A stretch of 64,000 bases of DNA from Octopus sinensis (taxonomy: Eukaryota). The DNA is taken from positions 6,696,001 through 6,760,000 of the forward strand of contig NC_043012.1 in NCBI RefSeq assembly GCF_006345805.1. The letters are read 5' to 3'. Positions 13,336 to 26,910 of this stretch are shown here, piece by piece (position 1 is the first letter of the stretch; every line of letters starts with the position of its first letter). Below the pieces are notes generated by a model that did not search any database, was not told the origin of the DNA, and was given only the letters and a program-made list of their open reading frames with translations. The position numbers and the translations under genes were made by a program.

Positions 13336-13870
13336 ATGGCCACTAGCTGGTAGAATTGTTAGCATGCCAAGCAAATTGCTATTTTTTTTTTTAAATTCAG
13401 CTCAGAGCTGCGGCCGTGCTGATGCTTAGCAGCATTTCATTAGCCTTCATGTCTTGAGATCAAATTCTACTGACGTTGACTTTACATTTCATCCTTTCTG
13501 GATCGATAAAATAAGTAGCAGTTGAGTACTGGGGTTGATGTAATCAAATTATCTCCTCCCCTGAAATTGCTGGCCTTGTGCCAAAATTTGAAATCATATT
13601 ATCATTATTTTCCTTCTTATTATTATTATTGTTCTTATCATTATTATTATTATCATTAAAGTAAGCTAACATAATCGTTAGCACACCAAGCAAAATGCTT
13701 GGAGGCATTGCGGCCATCTTTATGTTTTCAATTCAAATCCCAGCAACGTTCATTTTGCTTTTCATCCTTTTGAAGTCAATAAAACAAGTAAGTACCAGTT
13801 TAGCACTGGGGTTGATGTAAACAACTAATCCCCTCCCCTTAAATTTCCCCTTCTGCCTATATTAGAAAAG

Positions 13871-13907
<37 letters not shown>

Positions 13908-14587
13908 TGGTTTATAATCATTCAAAAGTAAGTAAGAAAATGAAGATATAACATTTAATAAAAATTTATCATTTGCAAAAATCAAACATGGACCCTTACA
14001 GCTGTTTCAATTAAGCCTAAAAGATTAATAAAATCATTTTATTAGGCGAAATGTCAGAGGAGTAGAGAAAAGATATACCGTTGGGTTTTTAAGTGTTATA
14101 TTTTAGAAACATAACAGCAGAGTATATATATATATATATATATTCTTAATATATATATTCTTTCCTGTATATGCGAATAAACATAAAATAGAATTTGATA
14201 TTTGGAACCAGATAAAAGGCCAAAATTCATGAGCTAAGAATTCTTCAAAAGGATAGAATAAGTTACAAAGAATTGGGTGGTGGTGATGGTGGTGGCGGTG
14301 GATAAAATCTAACCCTTTCATTTGTTGTTATCAGAACATAACAAAGTTAATTTATTGAAATTATTAGTTTGTAATTATAATATATAAACATGCATACATG
14401 CATACATACATACATACATATATATATATACACATACACACACATTCATGCATACATACATATATATATGCATATATATATATATATATATATATATCTA
14501 CACAAATATATATATATTTGTGTGTATATATATGTATATGTGTATATATATATGTGTGTGTATATATATATATGTATGTATAAATAT

Positions 14588-14659
<72 letters not shown>

Positions 14660-14681
14660 TATATATATATATATATTATAT

Positions 14682-14723
<42 letters not shown>

Positions 14724-15436
14724 ATATGGTGATCCACTCTCACCTATCATATATAAATATGTATGTGAGTGTATGCAAGTGAAACACTAAGTACAAACTA
14801 CAAATGACCTTAAAGCAAATTTCTGTTGTGTTTTTAATCACCAATTATCGTTTGAGTTTTTGCTATTCAATTTTTGGGGCGGGTATGCAACATTATCAAT
14901 GTTATCAACAATAATCTTATTCTTTTCTACTCAAGGCACAAAGCACGAAATTTTGGGGGAAGGGGCCAGTCAATTAGATCAACCCCAGTACGCAACTGAT
15001 ACTTAATTTATCGACCCCAAAAGGATGTTGTCAATAATAATATTATTGCTATTGTTATTGTTGTTATTTGTCAGCTGTTCACTACCAGTGAACTAAGGTA
15101 ACACCTCTTATTTTTCGAGCACCTTCCGGTTCTAAACACTGCTGTTTTCTGCACGTGCTCCACCCTTATTGCAGCCCCTATTTGTTCCACGTTATTATTA
15201 TTATTAAGTCAGTGAGCCAACAGGATTGTTAGCAGATTGGAAAAAACGCTCAGCAGCCTTTTATTGGTCTTCATATTCTGAATTCAAAATCCACTGAGGT
15301 CAACTCTGCCTTTCATCCTTTCGAGTTCAATAAAAACAGTACCAGTTGGGCCCTACAGTTGATGTCATCAACTAACCCCATTACCTGTAATTGCTGGTCT
15401 TGTGCCAAAATTTGAAACATTATTATTATTATTATT

Positions 15437-16011
15437 GAGTGAGAGAGCAGTTCATGCCATCAAAGTGACACTGGGGTAAAATATACGAAGCCCAATATAC
15501 CCATCATGACTACCCGTTTGATAAGGGTACACCAGGCACATGCATCACAACCATATGTGCGCGACATGGTGATCTCATATCAAGATAAACAGCACATGAC
15601 CTTGCAGGTGGGGCCCAGTTAGAGTTTTCTTCAGGTTGAGTGACCCATCCCGCTCAAAAGGTCCCTGAACAAGGGTTGTTTAAGGATGTTGAAAGAACCA
15701 CCCATGTTTCCAGAGGTGAATTATTCAAACCCCAAAGAATCCCTCTCAACACATGGCTATGATGCTCCCCCACTACTTCTGCTCGTGATCAGAGATGCAC
15801 ATATCGTCAGCCACTAGGGGACATGCTCAACTGGTTATGGTCAAACAACTGACAAGCAAATCTGTGGTATTGAGCAGAATATTTTCTGTAGCCCATCTTT
15901 TATACCAAGACAGAACAATGTACATGATAACACTTCCAGTCAGTTAAGATCAGAAGCCATGAGAGCCACTGCCTGGTACTGCATCAGGGCATCCTGGTAC
16001 TGCATCAGGGC
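15437..16011 (-). mobile_element. 554-bp (AAT)n-tailed interspersed element, copy 1, with a short tandem duplication of its 5' end
   Basis: Near-identical reverse complement of 22254-22807, flanked on both sides by (ATT)n. CCTGGTACTGCATCAGGGC is duplicated at 15993-16011. No coding capacity seen. Confidence 0.85.
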
Positions 16012-16068
<57 letters not shown>

Positions 16069-16742
16069 CATTATTATTATTATTATTGTTATTATTATTA
16101 TTATTATGATTGTTATCATTATAGCCAAACAAAATGCTTAGCAAAGGTTTTTCTGGCTTTACATTCTGAGTAAAAATCCAGCTGAGGTCAACTTTGCTTT
16201 TCATCCTTTATAGGGTCAGTGAAATGAGTACCAATTGAGCACTGGGGGGTGAGGGTGTTCATGGAACTGACTAACCCCTTCCTCTAAACTTTTTGGTGTT
16301 GGGCCTATCGCAGAACGGATTATTATTATTATTACTACAATCCCAATCATCATCATCATCATTATCACCATCATCATCCCCACTGCAACTATTATCACCC
16401 CTACTACCGCCACTACCACAACAACAATTCCACTGCCAGCACCATGACCACCACCACCACTACTGCCACCACAACCACCGCCACCACCACCACCACCACC
16501 ACCATTCGCAGAGTCCCACTGGCAACAACCAGGCAAGCAAGCAGGCCCTGCCTTGATGTGGAGGTAAGTAGTTAATCACTTCTCTAGTCAACAGCACTAG
16601 TGGAACCACATTGGAACAACTGACAAATGGTAAGTGCTAATGAGTCAATTGTCCTTTCAGACAATTATATATGGCATTTCTTCCACCATTTTTCCAGCTG
16701 CCATTCTAATACACCCTACAGCATGTAACATACTGACCTTAC

Positions 16743-16778
16743 CGCCTTTCTACTTTGCATACAACATTTTAGACTCTG
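16743..16778 (-). other. Candidate 36-nt micro-exon
   Basis: Strong acceptor TTTTGTTTTGCTTTTTTCTTTCTTTTAG|CAG and donor GCG|GTAAGG in unique sequence, on the same strand as the 31.8-kb exon. Phase 1 reads AESKMLYAK*; phase 0 is open. Confidence 0.35.
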
Positions 16779-16914
16779 CTAAAAGAAAGAAAAAAGCAAA
16801 ACAAAACTATTTCATAGAGTTAACATCATGGCTTCTTTCACCTATATCCATGCATACATACATACAAAGGGAGAGAGGAGGAGAGGCACGTACACATACA
16901 CGTGTATATATATG

Positions 16915-16966
<52 letters not shown>

Positions 16967-17217
16967 TGTACATACATGAATATATACGTACACACACTCA
17001 TATATGCATACATACATAAATATACATATATATATAAATATATATATATATTAGATAGACACCACACAAATACACATATATATATACATATACATACACA
17101 TATATTTACATTATCTATATACTTATATATATATATATATATGAATACCCTCCCCATATACAAAAAGTACACTATTATAATACATATCTATAGTATATAC
17201 ACGTGTGTGTGTTGTGC

Positions 17218-17249
<32 letters not shown>

Positions 17250-17253
17250 CAAC

Positions 17254-17294
<41 letters not shown>

Positions 17295-17899
17295 TAGACA
17301 AACGTATATGTATGTGTACACACCAATACATGTATAAATACATTCATATATTTCACATCCACATGTGTGTGTATATCTGTCTGAGTGTGTGCTTATATGT
17401 ATATATACATATGTGTGTATGTATGTATGTATGTATGTATGTATGTATGTGTGTGAAATATTGAAAACTGCTGTTTATATTAATTTTATATAAATACATA
17501 CACACACACATACATACATACAGACATGCATATACACATACATACATACATATATACATACACACACATATATAATGGTTTCTATTTGTGTATCTATCTA
17601 CCTACATATACACACACGCAAACACACAAATAAATTTATATATAGATCATTAAATATATTCACTGACACACAAATACTTATATGCACAGACAAATATAAC
17701 TACACACACACAAATGTACATATCTATATATAAATGTGAGGGAGTATATATGTATGTAATGTATGTATGTAGGTACGTATGTATCTCTCGATCTATCTAT
17801 CTATCTATCTATCTATCTACCTACCTACCTACCTACCTATTTATCTATGTATATATCTACCTACCTACCTACTTACTAGCCTACCTATTCATCTATCTT

Positions 17900-17999
<100 letters not shown>

Positions 18000-18705
18000 T
18001 TTATATATATATATATACATACATACGTATAGTTTATACTTGAACACAAGGTACCCTTTATAACAATATAGCTGAAAAAAGTTATTTTATTTTATATTTC
18101 TAACCTACCTTATTGGCTGTTTCCACTTTGCTCTACCATACTTCTGCACAAATGCACAAATACATAGATATATGCACACACACTTGTTAATTCACATGAT
18201 TATGGACATACAGACGCACCTATCAACACATCTTAAGCACACACCTGTGTTGTATAGTTGAATGATTGCTTCAATGACTTACCAAACAAAACAAAGAAAT
18301 ACTTACTATTGTATGTCTGTTGAAGTGGAGTTGCCCTTTAAGACAATATATATCAAATACACACGCTCATACGGGCATACACACATACAGAGAAGCACAT
18401 ACACACACAGGTTACACACAACCACAGGTTCACACGCACACACACACACATGTAGATACATGAATATATCTATGTTAATATAGAAACATATGTATACTTA
18501 TAATATATATATATATGAATGCATATGCATACACACAGACACATATACATATATATGTATAAAGTACATTCATACTTATACACACATATACACATATAGA
18601 TATATATATGTATGTGTGTGTATATATATATATATATACATACATATATCTTTCAGCATTTTTACCTTTTCTTTGTTTCAATCATTAAACTGTGGCCATG
18701 CTGGG

Positions 18706-18741
<36 letters not shown>

Positions 18742-19413
18742 GTGCATGCATGTTCACATTTATCTATATATATTTATCTACCTATATATGTATATATAAA
18801 CTGTATATTATGACATAGACAAGCACACATACACACACAAACACACACACAACACACACATATGCAAATATATATTTCAATCTACAAGTATGTGTGTGTG
18901 TATGTGTGTGGCCTGTGTGTGTGTATATGGCATCTTATGTGAATATAGCTTTCTCTAACAAATCAGGACAAATGCACACACACACACACACACACACACT
19001 CTCTCTCGCTTTCTCCCGTTTTCTCTTCCTCCTCCTCTCAATTCCCCTCCCACACACACACACACACACTCACCCATACACAGCCCATATGACCAACTGT
19101 CATGCTGTTGACATTTACATTTTACAACAAATTTCTCAGAGTTTCTGAGATTTCTTTTGAAAGAAACATAAGGAATATTCTCTATTCAATTGAAATATCC
19201 ATTCTTTGATAGATATTTAGACCAATCTCTAGCATTCCCTTAGCCTTGAGAGCCATTCTATATCACATATATTAGACTTCTTTAAGAATACATATTCTCT
19301 TATATCAGTTTTAGCAGATTTTTCTCTTGACCTTGTTTACTTCTCTAAACAATGGAAGCTGCTATGTGACCATTGGTCAGCTAGAAACATCAGTTAAATA
19401 TCTTTCATACACA

Positions 19414-19823
19414 AGGCGCAGGAGTGGCTGTGCAGTAGGAAGCTTGCTTACCAGCCACATGGTTCCGGGTTCAGTTCCACTGCGTGACACCTTGGGCAAA
19501 TGTCTTCTACTATAGCCTCGGGCCGAGCAAAGCCTTGTGAGTGGATTTGGTAGATGGAAACTGAAAGAAGCCCGTCGTATATATGTATATATATGTATGT
19601 GCATGTATGTTTGTGTGTCTGTGTTTGTCCCCCTAGCATTGCTTGACAACCGATGCTGGTGTGTTTACGTCCCCGTCACTTAGCGGTTCGGCAAAAGAGA
19701 CCAATAGAATAAGTACTGGGCTTACAAAAAGAATAAGTCCCGGGGTCGAGTTGCCCGACTAAAGGCGGTGCTCCGGCATGGCCGCAGTCAAATGACTGAA
19801 ACAAGTAAAAGAGTAAAAGAGTA
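19414..19823 (+). mobile_element. tRNA-derived SINE family B, near full length
   Basis: A box TGGCTGTGCAGT, B box GTTCAGTTCC, internal TA/TG microsatellite and GTAAAAGA tail repeat. Confidence 0.8.
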
Positions 19824-20242
19824 ACTAAAAGTCTTAATGAAAATGCAAAGTTACGTTGAGAAATGAATGCAATAATCCAATCACAGAAAAAGTGTAAGAA
19901 ACACAATCAAGATTATCCTCATCACCATCATCATTTTCTAACCACTTTTCCATGTTTGCATGAGTCAGATGGAATTTGTGAGGTGGATTTTCTACAGCTG
20001 GATGCCCTTCATGGACCCTCACCTGTTCCTAAGCTAGGTTATAATTTCTCAGATATGTTTTGCATGGAAGACCAGAAAATAAACAACACTGCTTGTATGA
20101 CAGTGATACTTGTTTACAATCTTCACATGATGTCAGTACATAGGTACACGCACTCACACTCACACACACACACATACATATATACAAACACACACACACA
20201 TAATGCTCTTTTTGATATTTCCATCTTCTACATTCACTCCCA

Positions 20243-20595
20243 GTTGAGTAGACTGGAGCAACATGAAATAAAGTATCATGCTCACTGGGAATTGAACTTA
20301 CAACCTCACAATCATGAGCTGAACACCGCAACCACTAAGCCATGCATCTTCTAAACCCTTATAGTCCTTCATTACCGAAAATCTCTCCGGGTGAAAGCAT
20401 ATCCTTGACATAGCTATGACCACATCTCAAAGCCAGGCCCTCATCTTCAGGACAAGAAAATACTTCAGTTCTATATTTAAGAGATGAGGAATTATGTACA
20501 TTATTTACATTATTTACATTTGATGAATATTTGTCCTCATCTTGTTTGTTGTTTGTTGTTAACACAATGTTTCGGCTGATATACCCTCCAGCCTT
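20243..20595 (+). repeat. Local direct duplication of 21777-22122
   Basis: About 350 bp near-identical at an offset of 1527-1534. It includes a SINE piece, unique sequence and part of the hammerhead tail. Confidence 0.9.
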
Positions 20596-20821
20596 AATCA
20601 TCCAAAGGGTATAACAGAAGGTGCCCAATGTGCAACACAGAGGGATTGAACATGGGACCACATAGGTGGGGAGCAAGCTTCTCTACCACACAGCTTCATC
20701 TGCCCCTATATCAAGGCTGGAAAGTCTTTAAGTAGAGGTTTGTTCAAGCAGAGCTAATTTAAAGCTAAGCAGCAGCAGCAGCAACAACAACAACAACAAC
20801 AACAGCAGGAATACAGGACTT

Positions 20822-20945
20822 TTTGAAACATGCTGTAGTGTGTCTCATTGCCAAGAAAGGTAACACCTCTGAACCCGTCAGCTATTGTCTTATCATACTC
20901 ACTTTAAAGTAAATGGAGTCGGCCATTAATGATAATGTTCTTTAA
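20822..20945 (+). pseudogene. Degenerate CR1-like RT fragment
   Basis: KHAVVCLIAKKGNTSEPVSYCLIILTLK*MESAIN resembles the W-K-x-A-x-V-x-P-I-x-K-K-G...NYRPISLT motif. Confidence 0.5.
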
Positions 20946-20976
20946 CTGTTTGATATTCAGATTACATAGTCAAATA

Positions 20977-21310
20977 TAATAATAATAATAATAATGAAAT
21001 TATTGTATACAGTGCTCAGGTGCACCACAACTTGTCAAAAGTGCATATAAAGCATATGCAGTAATGTAGAAATGTCGGGAAAGCGAACAATGTATGAGTC
21101 AGATACATGCTTGTGTGTGTATGGAGGGGAGAAAATCAGGTGTAGTGTTGGCAAATCTCAGGAAGCATGGACGTTTTGAAGGATGCAGTGCTCCGACAAC
21201 TAACAACCGACGCCGGCAGTTTGTTCCATGCTTCAGCAACTCTTAGCGTGAAAAAATGTTTCCGAAAGTCATGAGAGCTGTGCTGTTTTCTGACTTTGTA
21301 AACATGTCCA
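20977..21310 (-). mobile_element. CR1-type LINE 3' end with (TTA)n tail
   Basis: The minus strand reads GHVYKVRKQHSSHDFRKHFFTLRVAEAWNKLPASVVSCRSTASFK, then a short UTR and a microsatellite tail. Confidence 0.75.
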
Positions 21311-22087
21311 CAGGTGTTAGACAGGTGTTTACTTATGCTTACTTATTCACATTGTTTTAAATTAGTCAAGTATTATTTTGTAGCTTCAAGATTACAGCGA
21401 TGTGATTGAATGACATTACCGAGTAGGTATGAGAGGTCAGATCAGCTGGTTTGAACATAGAACAGGTAAAATATATGGGCCAGGTATTACAGGTTTAAAT
21501 GCTAGTGACACCCTGAATCTCTCTCTGTCACCCAAAAAAAATTAATCCCTTAAACATAAGCAACAAGCAGCTTGAGCCCTTATGACTAGCATTCCATCGA
21601 TGACAATGAATGTTCTAGTTGACCTGATCAATGGAACAGCTTGGTCCTGAAATTAACATGCAAGTGGCTGAGTACTTCACAGATATGTGTACCCTTAAAG
21701 TAGTTCACAGAGAGATTCAGTGTGACCCAGAATATGACACGGCTACCCTTTGAATTACTGGTACTCATTTTTGCCGGTTGAGTAGACTGGAGCAACATGA
21801 AATAAAGTATCATGCTCACTGGGAATTGAACTTACAACCACACAATCATGAGCTGAATAGCGCAACCACTAAGCCATGCATCTTCTAAACCCTTATAGTC
21901 CTTCATTACCGAAAATCTCTCCGGGTGAAAGCATATCCTTGACATAGCTATGACCACATCTCAAAGCCAGGCCCTCATCTTCAGGACAAGAAAATACTTC
22001 AGTTCTATATTTAAGAGATGAGGAATTATGTACATTATTTACATTATTTATATTTGATGGATATTTGTCCTCATCTTGTTTGTTGTT

Positions 22088-22134
22088 AACTCAACGTTTC
22101 AGCTGATATACCCTCCAGCCTTCATCAGGTGTCT
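22088..22134 (-). ncRNA. Minimal type-I hammerhead ribozyme motif (family 1)
   Basis: GACAC-CUGAUGA-A-GGCUG...CAGCU-GAA-ACGU-U-GAGUU. The core is intact, with one helix I mismatch. Confidence 0.65.
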
Positions 22135-22253
22135 TGGGCAGATGGCATAGTAGTTAAAAGTGCAGGCTACTAACCCCAAGATTCTGAGTTTGATTCCAGA
22201 CAGTGACCTGAATAATGATATTGACGACGACGATGACGACGACGATGATAACT

Positions 22254-22807
22254 GCCCTGATGCAGTACCAGGCAGTGGCTCTCATGGCTTCTGATCTTAA
22301 CTGACTGGAAGTGTTATCATGTACATTGTTTTGTCTTGGTATAAAAGATGGGCTACAGCAAATATTCTGCTCAATTCCACAGATTTGCTTGTCGGTTGTT
22401 TGACCTTAACCAGTTGAGCATGTCCCTTAGTGGCTGACGATATGTGCATCTCTGATCACGAGCAGAAGTAGTGGGGGAGCATCATAGCCATGTGTTGAGA
22501 GGGATTCTTTGGGGTTTGAATAATTCACCTCTGGAAACATGGGTGTTTCGTTCAACATCCTTAAAGAACCCTTATTCAGGGACCTTTTGAGCGGGATGGG
22601 CTACTCAACCTGAAGAAAATTCTAACTGGGCCCCACCTGCAAGGTCATGTGCTGTTTATCTTGATATGAGATCACCATGTCGCGCACATATGGTTGTGAT
22701 GCATGTGCCTGGTGTACCCTTATCACACGGGTAGTCATGATGGGTATATTGGGCTTCGTATATTTTACCCCAGAGTCACTTTGATGGCATGCTCTGCTCT
22801 CTCACTC
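22254..22807 (+). mobile_element. 554-bp (AAT)n-tailed interspersed element, copy 2, nested in the SINE (AAT)n linker
   Basis: Same 5' (GCCCTGATGCAGTACC) and 3' (CTCTCTCACTC-AATAAT) termini as copy 1. It splits the host SINE between head and tail. Confidence 0.85.
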
Positions 22808-22848
<41 letters not shown>

Positions 22849-22899
22849 CAGCATCGAAAAATACTTAGGAATGAGAAACCAGGTTCGAAATTTCGCCAA

Positions 22900-22946
22900 G
22901 ACACCTGATGAAGGCCAAAGTGGTATATCAGCCAAAATGTTGTGTT
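22900..22946 (+). ncRNA. Degenerate hammerhead motif (family 1)
   Basis: CUGAUGA and helix I are retained, but GAAA is mutated to AAAA and helix II is disrupted. Confidence 0.45.
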
Positions 22947-23064
22947 AACAACAAACAAGACAAGGACAAATATCCGTCAAATGTAAATAATGTAAATAAT
23001 GTAAATAATGAAGAAAATACTTCACTTTCCTTCGGGTGATTTTTTTTTCTCTCTAAAATGTCAG

Positions 23065-23215
23065 CTCTTGAACTTTTTCCATGCTTATCTATTTCCTGCC
23101 AGTGTTAATTTGCAGCAATTTAAGGGGAAGACTAATGGCATGAAGCTCACCAGTCTTGGAGAGCCTGTGAGGGCCATGGTCACTGTAAAGTTTTTGCAGG
23201 GTCAACGAATAAGAA
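23065..23215 (+). pseudogene. Degenerate CR1-like ORF2 C-terminus and 3' UTR
   Basis: LLNFFHAYLFPASVNLQQFKGKTN resembles LWNSLP..FP...L..FK. Confidence 0.4.
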
Positions 23216-24387
23216 AGGAAAAGGTGATACCGATGTCATCGGAATTCTGCTTCAACAGTTGCATGTCAACATCCGAGGGGTAAGAAATGAGCAAGGAAGA
23301 GAATCCAGAAAGCTGATGGGACATAAGAGCTTATGGGACAGAAGATGGATAATGAGAGGAGGAGAGATGAATAGGCTCAGAACATTTGAAGGGAAAAAGC
23401 ACAAGACCAGGCAACTTTGAATAACAAAGGCCATCACAGTTCATGTTTGAAAAGGCTGGAGTATGTCTGAGAGGGATTTTATGCCAACTGGTTGAGCAAC
23501 CTTTCACAGGATTGTGGTCAGATGGAAGATTTGTACCATCAGAGAACAGTTAGGCATCAGCTAGCAAGTGAGCTGCAGCTGCGAAGTTGATTCGACATCA
23601 GTCATGCTTGTTGCACTCTTGTGCATCATTTCATATCTGGTGTGGAGGCACAGGGAGGCAGTCTGGTTAGGGAGACTGTACCAACTACCTTACTAACTGC
23701 CCAAGGCATTTTGTTCGGAAAAGTGGGAAACCGAGTGGTGATGAAGTGAATGTAACAGTAGCAGATAGAAGAAACTGGAAGCTGCTAGCTAGAGTGCAAA
23801 TACATATATACATACATAAAACATACATACATACATACATACATAAATATATCAAATGGAAATTGTAGTTGTGAGCCCCATACCAGTAGCACGTAAAAAG
23901 CACCATCTGATCGTGGTCGATGCCAGCCCCTCTGGCACTGTGTGCCAGTGGAATGTAAAAAGCACTCACTACGCTCTTGGAGTGGTTGGCATTAGGAAGG
24001 GCATTCAGCTGTAGAAAACCATGCCAAATTAGATTGGAGCTTGGTGCAGCCTCCTGGCTTCCCAAACCCCAATCGAACCGTCCAACCCATGCCAGCATGA
24101 AAAACGGACGTTAAACGATGATGATGATGCACACACACACATTAAGTATGTATGTATATTTTCAAGATATATATATGTGTGTGTGTGTGTGTGTATGTAC
24201 AGGCAGAAACAAGGTAAATGCCCATTGTATTTGAATACAATGCAAATACTCTTAAAATACTTTCCTTTTAATTTTTCCAAAATTTAGTTGTTTTCCATAC
24301 TTACATTTGAAAAAGTCTCAATGACCAAAACTGGTACTGAAATATTTTTTATAAAATTACTTTAGCGTTTTTTACCTTGACTTTTCT

Positions 24388-24423
<36 letters not shown>

Positions 24424-24435
24424 TATATACATATG

Positions 24436-24478
<43 letters not shown>

Positions 24479-24486
24479 ACATATAC

Positions 24487-24534
<48 letters not shown>

Positions 24535-24537
<3 letters not shown>

Positions 24538-25779
24538 GGTGCATAACGGATTTGAGGACATATCTTTTCTGAGTCATTGCTGCATTTTTGCTAACTCTGT
24601 ATAATCTTTGTTTCAGAAAATTATAACGGCAAACCCTCAGCTTACACAAGAAATGAAGAGGCATGCTGTTATTGTGGTTATAAAGGTTGAGCATAGCGGT
24701 TTAGAAATATCGTGACTTTTAAATGTTGGCAGATCTTTTGTCAACAAAGTTTGTAAGGAGCTAGAGACTGAAGATGAAAACGTATCACCAGTATCAAAGC
24801 ATAAAAAGCATTCTAAATGCTCTGAAATCATCAGAACACCTGAACTTATCCAGCAAGTTCAACAGACCATTGATTACAATCCCAGAAAGTCCAAGGGGTC
24901 AATTCCAAAAGATTTCCATGTATCAGAAGGGACAGTCAGAAATGTTGTCCACAGGGACATCAGATATGTCTTATATGATGGGGAAAGGTCAATTTGTCAG
25001 GAAAAGCAAAAGAAAATGACTGCATCAGATCTAAAAGGTTCTTAAGCAAACTGAAAAATCCAGCAGAAGAATATTTGATTTGGTTTTTCTCAAATGAGAA
25101 AAAGTTTGACCAAGTTAACAGAAGAAATTACAGATGGTTATGTGCAGAATCTTCTGAAGCTCCAAGTGTTATGCATACAAAATTTCCTGCAACTGTCATG
25201 GTTTTAGATGTTGTCAGCAATGAAGGACATATGATGCCTCCTTACTTCTTTCCACAAGGCATTAGAGTTAACTCTGCTACCTACATTGAGGTCCTCTAAA
25301 TAATTGTTAAGCCCTGGATAGACAGTGTATAAAATTGAGGGCCATATATGTTTCAGTAAGCCTGTGCACTATCACACATGGCTCTAGTAACACAGGAATG
25401 GATGGCTGAACATTTTTACGATCACATAACCACTAACATTTGGCCTTCTAATTCCCCAGATCTCAAACCATTGGACTATTACATGTGGAGTGTTGTTAAG
25501 AGGGAGGTGAACACGCTCATAACACCAAAGTTTGTTTGAAAGCTGCCATAGTCAGAGTAATGTCCAAAATGAACCAGGACCACTTGATTCGAGCATGTGG
25601 AGGATTCAGATCTCATATAGAAGCAGTTGTTGAAGCCAAAGGTGACTTGATTGGATATCATTACAGAAAAGAAGGTTTATTTTTATCCTCATAGCATTTT
25701 TTGATAAATTAAGTTATTATCTGTTATTATATATCTGCTTTTTTTATAAGCATAAATCTGTTCTCAAATATCATTCTGT
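24535..25779 (+). mobile_element. Tc1/mariner-superfamily fossil, maT-type (DD37D); transposase pseudogene at about 24654-25665
   Basis: Fragments IWFFSNEKKFDQVNRRNYRW, VMVLDVVSNEG, VKPWID, YMFQ*A and WPSNSPDLKPLDY. There are 37 residues between the mutated second Asp position and the Asp of PLDY. TIRs are degenerate, the left flank is (TA)n, and there are many stops and frameshifts. Confidence 0.85.
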
Positions 25780-25800
25780 CTGTCTGTCTCTTTCTTTGTG

Positions 25801-25863
<63 letters not shown>

Positions 25864-25895
25864 CATATGTATATATATATGTGTGTGTATGTATG

Positions 25896-25927
<32 letters not shown>

Positions 25928-26862
25928 TACATACAAGTAGTCACTACTGACAAGCTTGTAATTTTTCAGGGGAACCTAGTCTAGTGATCTAGTTTCACTT
26001 ATGGGGCGGTTATCTCCCTTGTCACTGTATGAAAATGTGCTTTTGTGCACCTCTGAGGGTTTTTAATTCTTATTTCTAGCATTATTGGTGCAACCCAGAA
26101 CCCTCAGTAACAATTAGTGACAAATAAAGTTTTCTTTTTTCAGCTAATATTTCGTATAGCTGCTTTCATTATTTTATACATATATATATGGAGCATTTAT
26201 GTTTCATTGTGCCAGCTAAATATTTGCGTAGGCTATGGCATGATATAATGTGCACTGATTTGTGTAGGTGAAGCTGATACAACTGGGGATTATTATTTAC
26301 TCAATAATTGCAATAATTACATATCTTCAAACAATTTACTGTGTCTAATTTATCAATTTATGTTCAGACTTTCACAATATTCACATTCATAGCCATTATT
26401 ATTATGGTAGAGAAACATTTATTTAACAGCTTAATAACCAGCCAAATTTTAGACTATTAACCGTTCTCCCATGATATTATATTTTGCTGTTCTATAATAA
26501 TCTACTTATATGTTTCCTCTTTCAGTCTGCCTGATGAAGGAGACAGCTGATGCCTTGCACTTGCAGTGGCCTCTTTTCATATACTGCTTGTGTAAAAACT
26601 GAATTTTTACTCCATCAACATCAAAAAGCTTTTTATTCTTTCTTCTTTTTTTTTTACTTGTTTCAGTCATTTGACTGTGACCATGCTGGAGCATCGCCTT
26701 AAAGGGTGTTAGTTAAAGAAATTGACCGTCCCCCCTCCACACACACACACACCACCACAGGACTTATTCTTTGTAGCATTTGATCTCAGAATACAAACCC
26801 AGAAGAAATGCCGCTATGCCTTTTGTCCAGCATGGTAACATTTCTGCCAACTCACTGATATG

Positions 26863-26910
<48 letters not shown>

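Larger units (their letters stand above)
21988..23024 (+). mobile_element. tRNA-headed, hammerhead-bearing SINE insertion with 5'-inverted tail, 14-bp TSD and a nested 554-bp element
   Basis: AAGAAAATACTTCA occurs at both 21988-22001 and 23011-23024. Inside are an inverted tail 22000-22138, a tRNA-like head 22136-22210, an (AAT)n linker and a tail at about 22850-23010. Confidence 0.8.

Noticed and set aside
13989-14065. GAAACAGCTGTA palindrome with a hairpin on the minus strand
   Set aside because: Helix III resembles family 2, but no recognisable CUGANGA core is present.
16500-16660. Plus-strand GTAAGT donors after a Thr-rich tract
   Set aside because: There is no upstream acceptor, and the upstream sequence is microsatellite.
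23230-23680. Higher-complexity segment, possibly a LINE endonuclease relic
   Set aside because: Similarity is too weak in all six frames to call.
26525-26570. CTGATGAAGG motif (also at about 48803)
   Set aside because: There is no helix II plus GAAA downstream, so it is not a hammerhead.
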